Assembly: GCF_001194135.2 (NCBI RefSeq)
Contig: NC_068991.1
Span: 7,816,030 to 7,880,029, forward strand
Direction of reading: 5' to 3'
From: Octopus bimaculoides
Taxonomy: Eukaryota
Length of the DNA: 64,000 nt
Below the pieces are notes generated by a model. That model searched no databases and was not told where the DNA came from. It was given only the letters and a program-made list of their open reading frames with translations. The position numbers and the translations under genes are program-made. Positions 38,501-51,981 of this stretch are shown piece after piece; position 1 is the stretch's first letter; each line of letters opens with the position of its first letter.

Positions 38501-41500
38501 CATACTTGTACCACATTAAAATTAACCAGTTTTACCTATACAAAACCAGTATTTCTTATCAACATGTCCACTTCAAATGTAATATTATTAATTTTCCTCA
38601 ACTATTCAACTTTATAACTTAAATATTATTAAATCCCAAGATTTTTTTAGTCAAAAGAAAGAGATGCTTACTTTTCTCGACGCTGATGTCTTTTCTCCCT
38701 TTGATTAGCAAATGGTCCATTGGCAACCTCTATCATGTATTGTTCAAAATAATCTAAATCAAGTTCTTCAGCGCTCTTGAAAAGCAGTTCTTTTAATATG
38801 GCAACATGTTGTCGATAGAATAACTGATACCGAGAAGGAAAAAGAAAGAAGTTATTAAGAAAAAATACAATAAAATTAATGAACCACATTTGTAAATAAG
38901 AGTGAAATAGAATAACAATTATTTACTGACAGATGATTTATACATGAATTTAACATCAGAGAAAATTGCAAGGATAAAGTGATTTTAAAAAATGTTGCTA
39001 AATTTAAAACAACATGTAACCTTTTATAGGATCTAGCTTTATAAGTTTAACACTTCGCTTGTTTTAAGTGTTAAATAAAACAAAAGCTATTTTCTATTTC
39101 TCAATAGAAGATTACCCACCCAAATTGATATGTACTTAGAGTTGGATAATAATATTAAACAAAATGCTTTTATGATTTGACCGAAATAAAAAAAATAATT
39201 CAACAACATTGTGTGTATAAAAACAAACATGAGGAAATGTAAATATCCAACATACTTCAAGTGATTCCACAGCTAGATGAGGTGGGCTAACCACATAATT
39301 TATCTTCTTAGGATATGCAGCAAAATCTTCATGAAGGTGATGAGCAGCCTGGAATTGAATCAGGAGTATAGAATTATAAAATGTATTTAGATCCATGTTC
39401 ATCAGATCAGTTGAAATATTAAATAGGTAGCTCAGAGAGGAGCTTGGATCATGTGTGTGTACAGTAGCATTCATTGTGCATTTCACCTGAGCTTTGTAAA
39501 AAGTTAATAGCTGCTCAGCTACATACACAATGGCTGTAAGAATACAGTTTGAACTTGTGAACAGCACCTTATCCTCACAGCTGTTATGAGGTTAAAATGG
39601 TAGCATACATACGCTTTATAAAACATACACGAGTTTCAAATTAAGTGCCAAAATTACACAATTATTGAAAATTATATAATCTTATGAATACACCTCTTCA
39701 GTGATTAGAAAAAAATAAAGACGAGTGTCAAGTGCCCAAAATATATATATGTGTATATNNNNNNNNNNTATATACTTGTGTAAATTCAACAAACAGTTAT
39801 GTAATCCTGGCAGTTAATTTGATGAAACATGTATGCTTTATAAAGCATAAAATACCAAATGTTTTCTGTATTTTACTCATACTATTACACTGCTCGCATT
39901 CTGTATACTGGCCTATATACCATAGCTCGATGCTCTGCATCTTACTGCATTGAATATAGGAATGAAATGCAGGACATTCCACACAGACATGTCCTGCATA
40001 GACACATGTTTTTTTTATGTGAAATTTTTGTAATGCCTTTTACCTCTTTATAGTGTTCCAGGTATTCATGGGCAGGTTTTCTCATCTTTTCACACACTTT
40101 ACCCATCATGTAGTAATATAACCATTCTTCACTATGACCTCCCTCCATTTCACACTCACTAGCTTTTTTATAACAGTTGGCCGCAATCAGCAGCATTTCT
40201 TTGTTGCTAGCTGTTGCTATCTGGTACATCTCATCATTGAGTGGGAACCAATGCATCTAAAACAAATAAAAAAACCCAAAAACAAAGTGTTGTACAAATC
40301 AATTACTCTTACACAAAGGTTCTTTACCTTCTTTTACTTGTTCAGTCAGTTGACTGCAGCCATGCTGGAGCACCACCTAGAATGGTTTTGGTCAGACAAA
40401 TCGATTGCAGAGCTTATTTTTTTAAAGCCTGGTACTTATTGCATTGGTCTCTTTTTGCTGAACCACTAAGTTACGGGGATATAAACATACCAACACTGGT
40501 TGTCAAATGGCTACTGACTGGCTCCCGTGGACAGAAAGTCGACTCACTGGTAAACGCATAGGGTTGTTTTTATGGAAGACCAGCAGTCGGCCATGCATAC
40601 CAGCCTCCTCTCTCCATGCCACCGATGTTATCCAAGGGAAAGGCAAAGGCCGATACAGCTTGGCACTAGTGATGTCGCAATTCGTTTCTACAGCTGAGTG
40701 AATTGGAGCAACATGAAATAAAGTGTCTTGCTCAAGAACACAACATGCAGCCTGGTCCGAGAATCAAACTCACAATCGTAAGTTCGACGCTCTAACCACT
40801 GAGCCATGCACCTTCACATTTTGATTTTACTATCAGGGTACCAGCATGAGTGTGTGGTTAAGAAAGTCACTTTGCAACTGCATGGTTTCAGGTTCAGTCC
40901 TACTGCATAGCACCTAATGCAAGCATCTTCTAGTATAGCCCTAGGTCGACCAATGCCTTGGGAATGAATTTGGCAGAGGGGAAACTGTAGAAGTCTGTCG
41001 TACATACATATCTACATGTATGTGTAGTTGTGTCTGTTACCCTTCCCCCATCACTTGACAGCCGGTGTTGGTTTGTTTATGTCCCTGTAGCTTGGATGTT
41101 TAACAAGGGAAACTGATAGAATAGGTACTAGACTTAATCATCATCATCATCATCATCGTTTAACGTCCGCTTTCCATGCTAGCATGGGTTGGACGATTTG
41201 ACTGAGGACTGGTGAAACCGGATGGCAACACCAAAAAAACAGTACCATGGTTGATCTGTTTGCCTCAACCCTTCAAGGCAGTGCCCCAGCATGGCCACAG
41301 TCTTGTAACCGGAACAAGTAAAAGATAAATTAGACAAATAGAGTCTCACCAATTTGAGCTGTCGAGCAGCATGAGAGTGCAGCTGGTAGGCAAGCGAGCC
41401 GTACTCTATCCATAGTTTGGCATTGTTGCTGTCAATCTCCACGGCCCGCGTGAAGCAGCGTAGCGATGCGATGGCTTGTTTGTAAATTGCCTGGTCCATT

Positions 41501-41790
41501 CGAAGTTCAGTCTGTAAAGTCAAATGATAAAAGAATCCATTAGCAAAAACGTGAGCCAGACAAAAAGAAAAAGATTCTGGAAATAAACATGTTTCTGTAA
41601 TATAATAAGTGTAGGCTTGGCTGTGTGGTTAAGAAGCTTGCTTTGTAATCACACCATTTCAAGTTCAGTTCCCACTGTGAGCACCTTAAGTAAGTGTCTT
41701 CTACTTTAGGTCTAGGCCAGCCAATTTTTCGAGAGGGAATTTGGTAGATAAAAACTGTGTGGAAGCCTGTTGTGTGTGTGAGTGTGTGTG

Positions 41791-41821
<31 letters not shown>

Positions 41822-41881
41822 GCTTTATATGTGACAGGCGTATATACATAGGTGCTTTATATGTGGCGGGACAGGTGTATG

Positions 41882-41916
<35 letters not shown>

Positions 41917-44900
41917 NNNNNNNNNNNNNNNNNNNNNNNNNNNNNNNNNNNNNNNNNNNNNNNNNNNNNNNNNNNNNNNNNNNNNNNNNNNNNNNNNNNN
42001 NNNNNNNNNNNNNNNNNNNNNNNNNNNNNNNNNNNNNNNNNNNNNNNNNNNNNNNNNNNNNNNNNNNNNNNNNNNNNNNNNNNNNNNNNNNNNNNNNNNN
42101 NNNNNNNNNNNNNNNNNNNNNNNNNNNNNNNNNNNNNNNNNNNNNNNNNNNNNNNNNNNNNNNNNNNNNNNNNNNNNNNNNNNNNNNNNNNNNNNNNNNN
42201 NNNNNNNNNNNNNNNNNNNNNNNNNNNNNNNNNNNNNNNNNNNNNNNNNNNNNNNNNNNNNNNNNNNNNNNNNNNNNNNNNNNNNNNNNNNNNNNNNNNN
42301 NNNNNNNNNNNNNNNNNNNNNNNNNNNNNNNNNTATATGCAAGCTGTGGCAGCATTCTAGAAGTGGATTGCTCAAGTAAGAAAGAATCATTCTAAAAAGG
42401 ATAAATATTAAAACCCTTTAGTGTTCAGACTACTGTCAAATGGAGTGCTTGTTTATTCACATGTTTTAACCATGCATTATCATGTAGCTTTGAGGTTTTG
42501 ATGACGTGATGGTGTATTTTAGAATGACATTGTAGTGTAGGCTTGAGAAGCTGAATCTGGCTTTTTTGAACGTAAAATGGATAAGATATTTGGGCCAGAT
42601 ATGGCTGGCTTAAATGCTAAAGGGTTAAGGGATTTTTTTTTTTTCAAATAAACATTCTGGCAAAGTTAAGAGAAGAAAACAAAAGAATTACATTCTAACA
42701 TTTATACATTCAGGAGAGATTTAAAAATTAAACGAGACAAACATGGAAAAATCATTTACCGAATTCAACTTTTGCTCTAACCGACTCATACGTGCAAGGC
42801 TCATTCCAGCCCAAGAGTCTAGTCGGTTAGGATTCACACAAATATCCAACATATAGAACTTAATTGCTTTCCTGGAAAGAAAAGGAAAAAAAAGGTGCAT
42901 AAATAATTTTTGCCAGTAGTTTTTAAACTGTAAAGGCACAGTTTTTACAGTGGCAACAGAAAATATCTAAAATTTAATAATAGAAATGTATCAAAACTAT
43001 AGAAAAATTAGGCTATTATCTATGTTGTAAAGGCATGTAGCCTATTGATTAGGGTGTTGCAAGATTGTGGTTTCAATTCACAGATTGGGCAGTGCATTGT
43101 ATTCTTGAGTAAAACAATTTAACATTGTTCCAGTGAACTCTGTGATGGACAGAGTTAGGGAATGTTGTGATTTCCATCACTTATGTACTATGGAGACCAG
43201 CTATGAGTCCTAAAATTTGAGAGTACTTCTCTGACTTATTATACATATCACAGATGAGTTGGAAGAGGAAGAGGATGGTGGTGAAAACTGTCTGGGAAAT
43301 AGTAGTAGAAACTAGTAGTTGGTTTGCAATTAAAAGACAACAACAACAACAAAAAACAAAAGAAACTTACACTTGCTCTTTGTTCTTGAAATAATAATCA
43401 GCCAGTAGGTAAAACAGCTCTTTGACAATAGCACTAAAAAAAATACAATGAAACTGAGATCAAGTAGTTTTTCAAAAAAAACAATTTCGAAATATTTTAC
43501 TCTAGAAATAAAATTAATAGAATGTAGTTCTTTGAATATCTTAAAGATTCATAGAATGTTTTGTGTATTGATACGAATGGATAAATTGAACTATAGTAAT
43601 CTACCAAAAATTTTACGTAGATTATATTTATAATTAGCTTAGCTTTGATAAGATGTAACAAAGTATGTAAAAAAAAAAAAGTTAAGTAATAACATATTTG
43701 TACGTACGTTGTGACAGGTTTATCAGGAGGTATAAATGGTGGATCGTTGTGTTGTCCTTCGATGTAGGCGAGGACAGACTCGTATGTATTAGCTTACAAA
43801 AGAAAATGGAATAAAATAGTTATCAATCAAAATAAACTTACAAATTTATAGGAAAAAAAAAATGGCATTAGCCTCATGAACCACAAAATACTGAAAATTG
43901 GCATTTAACCATTTAGCAATCAGATTACTCATTCAAATGTAATGCTTATTTATTCGCATTGTTTTGAATTAACCATGCATTACCATGTAGCTACAAAATT
44001 TTAATGATGTAATTGTGTATTTTTAGAATGACATTGTAGGGTAGACGTGAGAGGTCGGATCTGACCAGTATGAACATAAGACAGGTAAAATATTTGGGCC
44101 AGATATAGCTGGTTTAAGTGCTAAAAGGTTAATTAACTTAAGATTGTAACGTCGTGATTCAGCTATGCCTATATCGTCAAATCAATACAAGTAGGATTTA
44201 GTCTAGCACTCACCATGGAAGCCTAATATTCTTAACATGCCAGTTATATCTTAAGGACTTAGATTTCTCATCAGAGAAGCAGTACTTGAATATTTTAATG
44301 TTATACAATTACAGATAAGACTTCCCAAACACACTCTATTAGAATATAAGCAAGCAGGTAAAATAGAGGGAAATGTTTAGAGGAGGAAGTGGAAATCAAA
44401 ATATACCTGGATTCTTTTCCTTTGGTACCAACAAAGTGATTCTTCGGGCTAAATTCTCCAGCTTCAATGATTAAAAAGCAGCAAATAATTATAATTGCAT
44501 TGTGAATATAAAAATGAATTGGAAATAAATAAATAATAGGAAATAATTGTCAAAAAGTGTAGTGTCGAATACATTAAGTAATTACATTATTTTTGTGACA
44601 AACAGTAATTAGAAACAAATTGATATTTCATAAATTAAGATATTAGTAATGTACGAGGCTCAGATTGGAATAGATTTACTGTTAAATGGATTAAGCCATT
44701 GAAAGTCAAGTACCTTTAATGCATATTCAAACATAGGGACAGGAGTGGCTGTGTGGTAAAGTAGCTTGCTTACCAACCATATATATGTAATCTGTGGTGT
44801 GTTAATGTCATGATTATACTTCTTCACATTGCAAAAAACCATAAGAAAGAAACATAATTTACCTCTCCTGATACAGTGCTAGTCTTGTAACTGTCAAATT

Positions 44901-47900
44901 CTGGCACGGTCTTAGGTTTAAAGTAATCGAACAATACTTGAGACATTTCCCAGTTCAGATTAATCTGAAATAAGCGAAACAGTTGTGAACCAAATTGGAA
45001 ATTTACAATTGCATATATTTACAAACACTGAAAAATGAAATTTTCAAAGTAAAATTTGACTGAGTGTTCTATAGAATTGAATTAATAAAAGGTAATTGGA
45101 AATTTACATGATTACTGTGATAACGGAGCCAAGTAGATTAAATTAATTGATTTGATATTAATTATAAGTAACCATCCAACATGTTACTTTTTATGAGTAG
45201 AATATTAGGAGTTTTGCAGAATAGAGGATTGAAATTTTGTGCATGTCGATTCCATATCCTCCAGCAGTCTAGCTGTTGTGCCAAGTGCACCAATTACCAC
45301 AGGAATTATCACCTTCGTCTTCCACAATCACTTCATCTCTGGCTAGATCCCGATATTTCTCAATTTGTTTGATATTCAGCCTGTTATAATCTGGTATTAC
45401 AAAGTCTATAATGATCTTATACTGTTGTTTCTTTTGACCTCTACAATCATATCTGGTCTCCTTGCTTTAACAGTATAGTCAGTCCTTATGGAGAAAGACC
45501 ACAAAACCTGTAATCATCATTCACCATCACAACCTCTGGCCCACCATTTTTCTGCTACTTCAAATCCACACACTTGACAGACATCCCAATGCAACCGTTT
45601 ACCAACACAGTCATGCCTGCACTGATGCCCTTTTTGTGCTAGCTTACAGCATTCACTTAAGTGATGGTTGATACTTTCATCTCCTTTTCCACAGATTTTG
45701 CGTTTGCTGTCTGAGTTTTATCAATCTTTGTTTCTACCAAGTATGCTCACACTAGATCACCTCCCACTGCCTCCTGGTTTGATAACTTATCCTTCTAATG
45801 TCTTACCATCCACCTCTTGTTAGTTTGGACAGGATATTAAGACATAGATCATATATTTCAGACACACACATAAACACATTTGCTTACTAATATTTTGAAC
45901 ATTTACCTGTAAAGCATTGTGGTCTTGAAGATACTTGGATTTGCCTTTTTTAGTTGGATGTCCATATAAACAATAAATACATTGCTCAAAGGCTTGGTCA
46001 AGTTCATCTTTGAATGCATGCTTTGCATCTTCGGGATAATGAGCTCTTTCCTCTTTGATAACGGACATAAAAAACACTAAAAGTTCTCCATCTGATCTCG
46101 TGCACCAGGAATGTCTGGGAAAATAAATCATAATAATTAAAACTACACGATACATTCATTAAGGTTTTAATTATGAATAAGAAAGCAACCCTGCTACCAC
46201 AATAATATATCTGGAAATCTAAGCCATCCTCCTCCTCCTCATCGTTTAACAGCCATTTTCCCATGCTTGTACAGAAATTATTGAAGTAGACTTTTCTACA
46301 GCTGGATGCCCTTCCTGTTGCCAATCCTCACTTGTTTTCCAGCAAGGTATTATTTCTCATGGCCAGACACAATTTTTCATGAGGGACTGGAAATGAACAA
46401 CATCGCTTGTTATGATGGTGATGCTCATTTACAACCATCATATGATGTCAAGACAAGCGTATATACACACACACACACACATATACATATAACAATCACC
46501 ATCGTCATTTAATACCTGTTTTCTATGCTGACATGGGCTGGTTGGTCTGACTAGAGCTGCACCAGGTTCCACTCTGATTTGACATGGTTTCTATGGCTGG
46601 ATGCCCTTCCTAACGCCAACCATTCCAAGAGTGTCACAGGTAGTTTTTATGTGCCACCAGCATGGGAGCCATTTACATGACACCGGCAATGGCCATGACT
46701 TCACCCTATATATATAGTCATGAGTTCAATACCCAAACCACTGAAGCAAGTACCTTCACTATATATATAACAAGCTTCTTACAGTTTCTATCTACAAATT
46801 CCACTCACAAGGCATCTGTTAGCCCAAGGATATAGAAGACATCTCCTCACAATGCCACACAGTGGGAACAAATACTATACCCCATTGTTATAAATATATG
46901 GTTTCAATATAATAAGTAGACATTACTCACCTGCCCAGGTAATCATGTGCCACATTCAGCAACATTAGTGATGAGCTCAGAGAATTATCTAAGATTTCAC
47001 TTTCAGATTTATTCGCTGCTTGAGTTGAGTGGAGTTTAGATTCTTCACTGTAAAGATTCAAATGGAAAATTAATAAAACAATTCAACATTCTCAAATGCA
47101 GTACAGAGAAAAACTGTTTGCGTAAATACTTGTACAAATAAATATTCGTGCCATTCTTACAAGTTACAAGAAAATTATGATTCATGAACTAAACTAAATC
47201 TACTTCAGAATAGATGATTTTAGAACTATGTCAATTCTCCAAAGGATGGATGGCTTTGGAATGAATTTCCTTGTAAGAATATATATATATATATATATTA
47301 CTATTTCGTTTTTGTATTTGGTTTGCACGGTTCTTTACGTGAATTTGTGTGTTGAAGACTATTTTATTGTCTGAGATAGTCATTTTCTTTTAGTGTCTTA
47401 TTATTTAACACACTCACCAGTTCAATTTCCATTCATTTACTTATTTATTTCTTCTAAAATTTTCTTTGTGTCTTGCAACCTTTTCAATAGTTATTGACTC
47501 TCAACGACTATTGAAAAGGTTGCAAGACACAACGAAAATATTAGGAAAAATAAATAAGTGAGTGGAAATAACAAATTCCCATGCCGGGAATCGAACACAG
47601 GCTGCCTGGGTTTAAGCCAGGAATCCTAACCACATTTCTACTAAACATAAAATATTTAAACATTTTATAAAATTCCTAAAAATATTTTAATCATAAAAGT
47701 ATAATAGGGAGTTTTTAGACATCGAATGGCTATGAGGGTCCACCACTGAGTAAAATAGGAATCAAAAGGTCCATCAGTAAAAAATAGTTGAGAACCTCTG
47801 GTGCATATCATCTTAGAACTAGAAGTTTGTATCATAGGACCAGGAGTAGTCTTGGACAGGTTAGTATCAAAAGAGTCAACCAGTGTGCTGCTATTTTTTA

Positions 47901-50900
47901 ATCTTTCATTTTAAATTGTGAAAAATTCATTAAAAAACCATTAACATGCATATTGACAATAACTTTAATCAATCAGAAGATTTATAAATCAGTCTAATGA
48001 GAAGATTTTGGATGCAGCAGAGTTCCTGGTAGACATCAGTATGATGGCATACATAAGGAAACAGAGAGGGGAAAAACACACACGCAGCACAGATAGCAAA
48101 GTGTTGCAGTATACAAAAATGTACACTGTAACTTGAATAATTACTAATTTAACAAAATAAGTGTTGTTAAAAAGCACTAACTTTCTGATAATGTGATACA
48201 GCAATTTCCACGGTAAAACTGTAGGAATAGGCATATCAGTAGCGTACTCTGGTACATCAACAGAATCTGAAATCACTCTAATTAAATTTTTAGCAATCCG
48301 TAGAGTACAGGCTGGAGTTAGTTCTTTTATGCTTGATGGTTCATTTAGGATAGCTCTACAAAACAAAATGGAAACAGAAGTTACAGACAGAAGATTTTAA
48401 AGGACAACAATGAAAACATAAAATAAAAAAAACAATAAGCAAAGAAGAAAATAACCAAAAAATATTAAAATACTACTTTGTTTTAAATATCTTTCCTGTG
48501 TTAATTTTTAAAGCTTCCCGACGCTTCTCCTATTTTAGACCCTCATCTTCTAACATAAAGCTTCCCCCTCCACCAACCCCAAGCTTCCGTTTTGGGTTTG
48601 TAGTTTTGCATGGAGACCTCAGTGGTGCTGGTAGCTTGAAAAAAGCACTCAGTATATGCTGTAAAATGGATTTTGTCACACCATGAAACATGGATGTTAA
48701 ATGATGATGATATAATTCTGCTTTAGTGTTAGGAAAAAAATTCATTAAACTATATTATTAATAATGGCTCCAGTATTTGTTCTGACTCTTTATACTGAGT
48801 TCAAACTCCATGACCAACTTTGCCTTTCATCCCTCTGGGGGTAATAAATAAAGTACCAACCAATATACAAGACGTAATTAAAACTTATAAGCTTTTACTA
48901 CAGGGAAAAATATAATTGTATTGTTAATGAATGTTTAAACTATGTAAAATCTGCCATGTTGATGATTGCCAAAAATACATAGAAATTGAGCAAGTTAAAA
49001 GAATATACGAACTCATCCATTCCAGCGAAAAGCTGAATCATAAAAGCAATCCAGTCATCTTTAACGGTGTGAGAATTACTTTCTCTGTACATCTGCAGAC
49101 TCTCGTTAAATACAACTTCACCCCACAAAACATATTTCTGAAAAATAAAAGTATTTCACATATCAATTATTATATCTATACCTCTCTATCTNNNNNNNNN
49201 NNNNNNNNNNNNNNNNNNNNNNNNNNNNNNNNNNNNNNNNNNNNNNNNNNNNNNNNNNNNNNNNNNNNNNNNNNNNNNNNNNNNNNNNNNNNNNNNNNNN
49301 NNNNNNNNNNNNNNNNNNNNNNNNNNNNNNNNNNNNNNNNNNNNNNNNNNNNNNNNNNNNNNNNNNNNNNNNNNNNNNNNNNNNNNNNNNNNNNNNNNNN
49401 NNNNNNNNNNNNNNNNNNNNNNNNNNNNNNNNNNNNNNNNNNNNNNNNNNNNNNNNNNNNNNNNNNACATATATATACATACACATACATATATATACAT
49501 ACACATACATATATATACATACACATACATATATATACATACACATACATATATATACATACACATACATATATATACATACACATACATATATATACAT
49601 ACACATACATATATATATATACATGTATATATATATATAAAATAAATTGGGATAGCAAAGAGATAAACAATTATAGAATGTTTCCAGTTAGGATATATCA
49701 CTGTAAAGAGAGAGAGGGAAGGAAGAGGGGGAGAGAGAGAGGGAAGGAAGAGGGGGAGAGAGAGAGGGAAAGAAGAGGGGGAGAGAGAGGGAAAGAAGAG
49801 GGAGAGAGAGAGGGGAGGGAGAGAAGGAAGGAAGAGGGGGAGAGAGAGAGACTGTAGAGTTTGGGTGAGTAAAGGAAATAGTCCTGTGATTAGCATATTC
49901 AAATATGCAAAACTATCTTCTTATCAAGCAAAAGGTACTCTAAGTTATTGTTTAAATGTCTGTTTTTTGATGATGACATGGTCGGTTGAGTAGGTATTAT
50001 GGTCTATTAACCACTCAAGTCAATTATATTGATGCCTTACCTGAGGGTTATTTAATTTTGATAAAGAATCCATCATCAGCTGTAACTGAGCTCGTCTGTC
50101 AGGAATTGCTATACCTGCCTCTAGAAGCTGTGAAAATACGCAAATAAAGAAAAGAATTTAGGATTTAAATAGAATAACAAACATCAGAAACCCGTATAAA
50201 ATCACACACACACACACTTCAGGCAGGTAAAACATCCCTGCTCAGATTGACACCATCGTTAGTACCTTTAGTGGAGCTCAATTCTAGGGTAAACATTCCA
50301 ACCAAATTTTCCTGCATCTATTCCTTGTATTTTTGGCTCAGTCAAGTCAGACCCTTGTAGTATATACTGATGGAGCCCTTTCTGACCTACACTGTCAACT
50401 GAAGCATTCCTCAGGATAAAGGGTTCTCCCCACAACATTCTTATACATCAGCTACCTACTTGCCATCACCCCCAATAAGACCCACTTCAATGCGTGGCAC
50501 TTACCCTTCATTTCTCCTTAACCTTCCACACTTAAGAGCCACCCATACATAACTGAAATACCTCTTGCCGGACCCGCAGTAATTCCATGAACAAACACCC
50601 TGAAAACATATATATAAAGGTACAAAATAGTTTAAGAAATACTGCAAAAGAAGAAGCTTACTTCAGCAGAAGTTGTAACAAGTACATTTCTTTTGGGTTT
50701 GTCAACAGGATCTGAGAATGTTAACTTCAACAGATCTACGACTTCAGCATATTCTTCACACTCATACAGTTTCTGGGTTTTCTCAAGTGACTGGCAACGC
50801 TTCAATAAATCTTGTTGTTTCTTGACTTTCTCTGAAATAGTAAAACATTTCCCCATCAGTAATGACTGGTATATATCTGAACATCACAATATTAATTATT

Positions 50901-51893
50901 TAACTTCTTCTCAAGCAACGACCTGCAAGAATGGAATCGTCACTCCCATTTGAAATTACTGACAGCAGGTTAGGAGTGCACAGTCGTCCACGCTTCATTC
51001 ATACATCATTGTTGTTTTAACTCTCACTCTTTCTCTCTTACTTGTTTCAGTCATTTGACTGCGGCCATGCTGGAGCACCGCCTTTAGTCGAGCAAATCGA
51101 CCCCAGGACTTATTCTTTGGAAACCTAGTACTTATTCTATCGGTCTCTTTTTGCCAAACTGCTAAGTTACGGGAACGTAAACACACCAGCATCGGTTGTC
51201 AAGCGATGTTGAGGGGACAAACACAGAGACACACACACATATATATACATATATACGACGGGCTTCTTTCAGTTTCCGTCTACCAAATCCACTCACAAGG
51301 CTTTGGTCAGCCCGAGGCTATAATAGAAGACACTTGCCCAAGATGCCACGCAGTGGGACTGAACCTGGAACCATGTGGTTGGTAAGCAAGCTACTTACCA
51401 CACAGCCACTGCCCACTTTTCCATGCTTGCATGGGCTGGATGTCAAACTGTTTGCTACACCAGCTGTGACCTGGTCCCTGAACTGAGAGTGCCACTGCAG
51501 TGCTTCTTAGTGCCCTTGTTATATATATTTTTCTACTCTAGGCACAAGGCCCAAAATTTGGAGGGAGTTGGGGAGTAGTCGATTAGATTGACTTCCAGTA
51601 CGCAACTGGTACTTAATTTATCGACCCCAAAGGGATGAAAATCAAAGTAGACCTCAGCGGAATTTGAACCCAGAACGTAAAGACAGATAAAATACTGCTA
51701 AGCATTTCTCCCGGTGTGCTAACGTTTCTGCTAGCTTGTTGTCTTAATATTCTTTTCTACTCTAGGCACAAGGCCCGAAATTTTTTTAGATCATCGATCC
51801 CTTGAATAGTCTCATTGACTCTCCCACTCCCAGGAGTTGATATTGACCACTTTGGAGACCCTTGCCTTAAAGCCAGGAACTTTTCAGTACCCC

Positions 51894-51943
<50 letters not shown>

Positions 51944-51945
51944 TG

Positions 51946-51981
<36 letters not shown>

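Noticed and set aside
44214-44284. 71-nt segment with AAG acceptor and GTGAGT donor
   Set aside because: Gives an immediate stop in the Cabin1 frame, has a weak pyrimidine tract, and has no other support as a poison exon.
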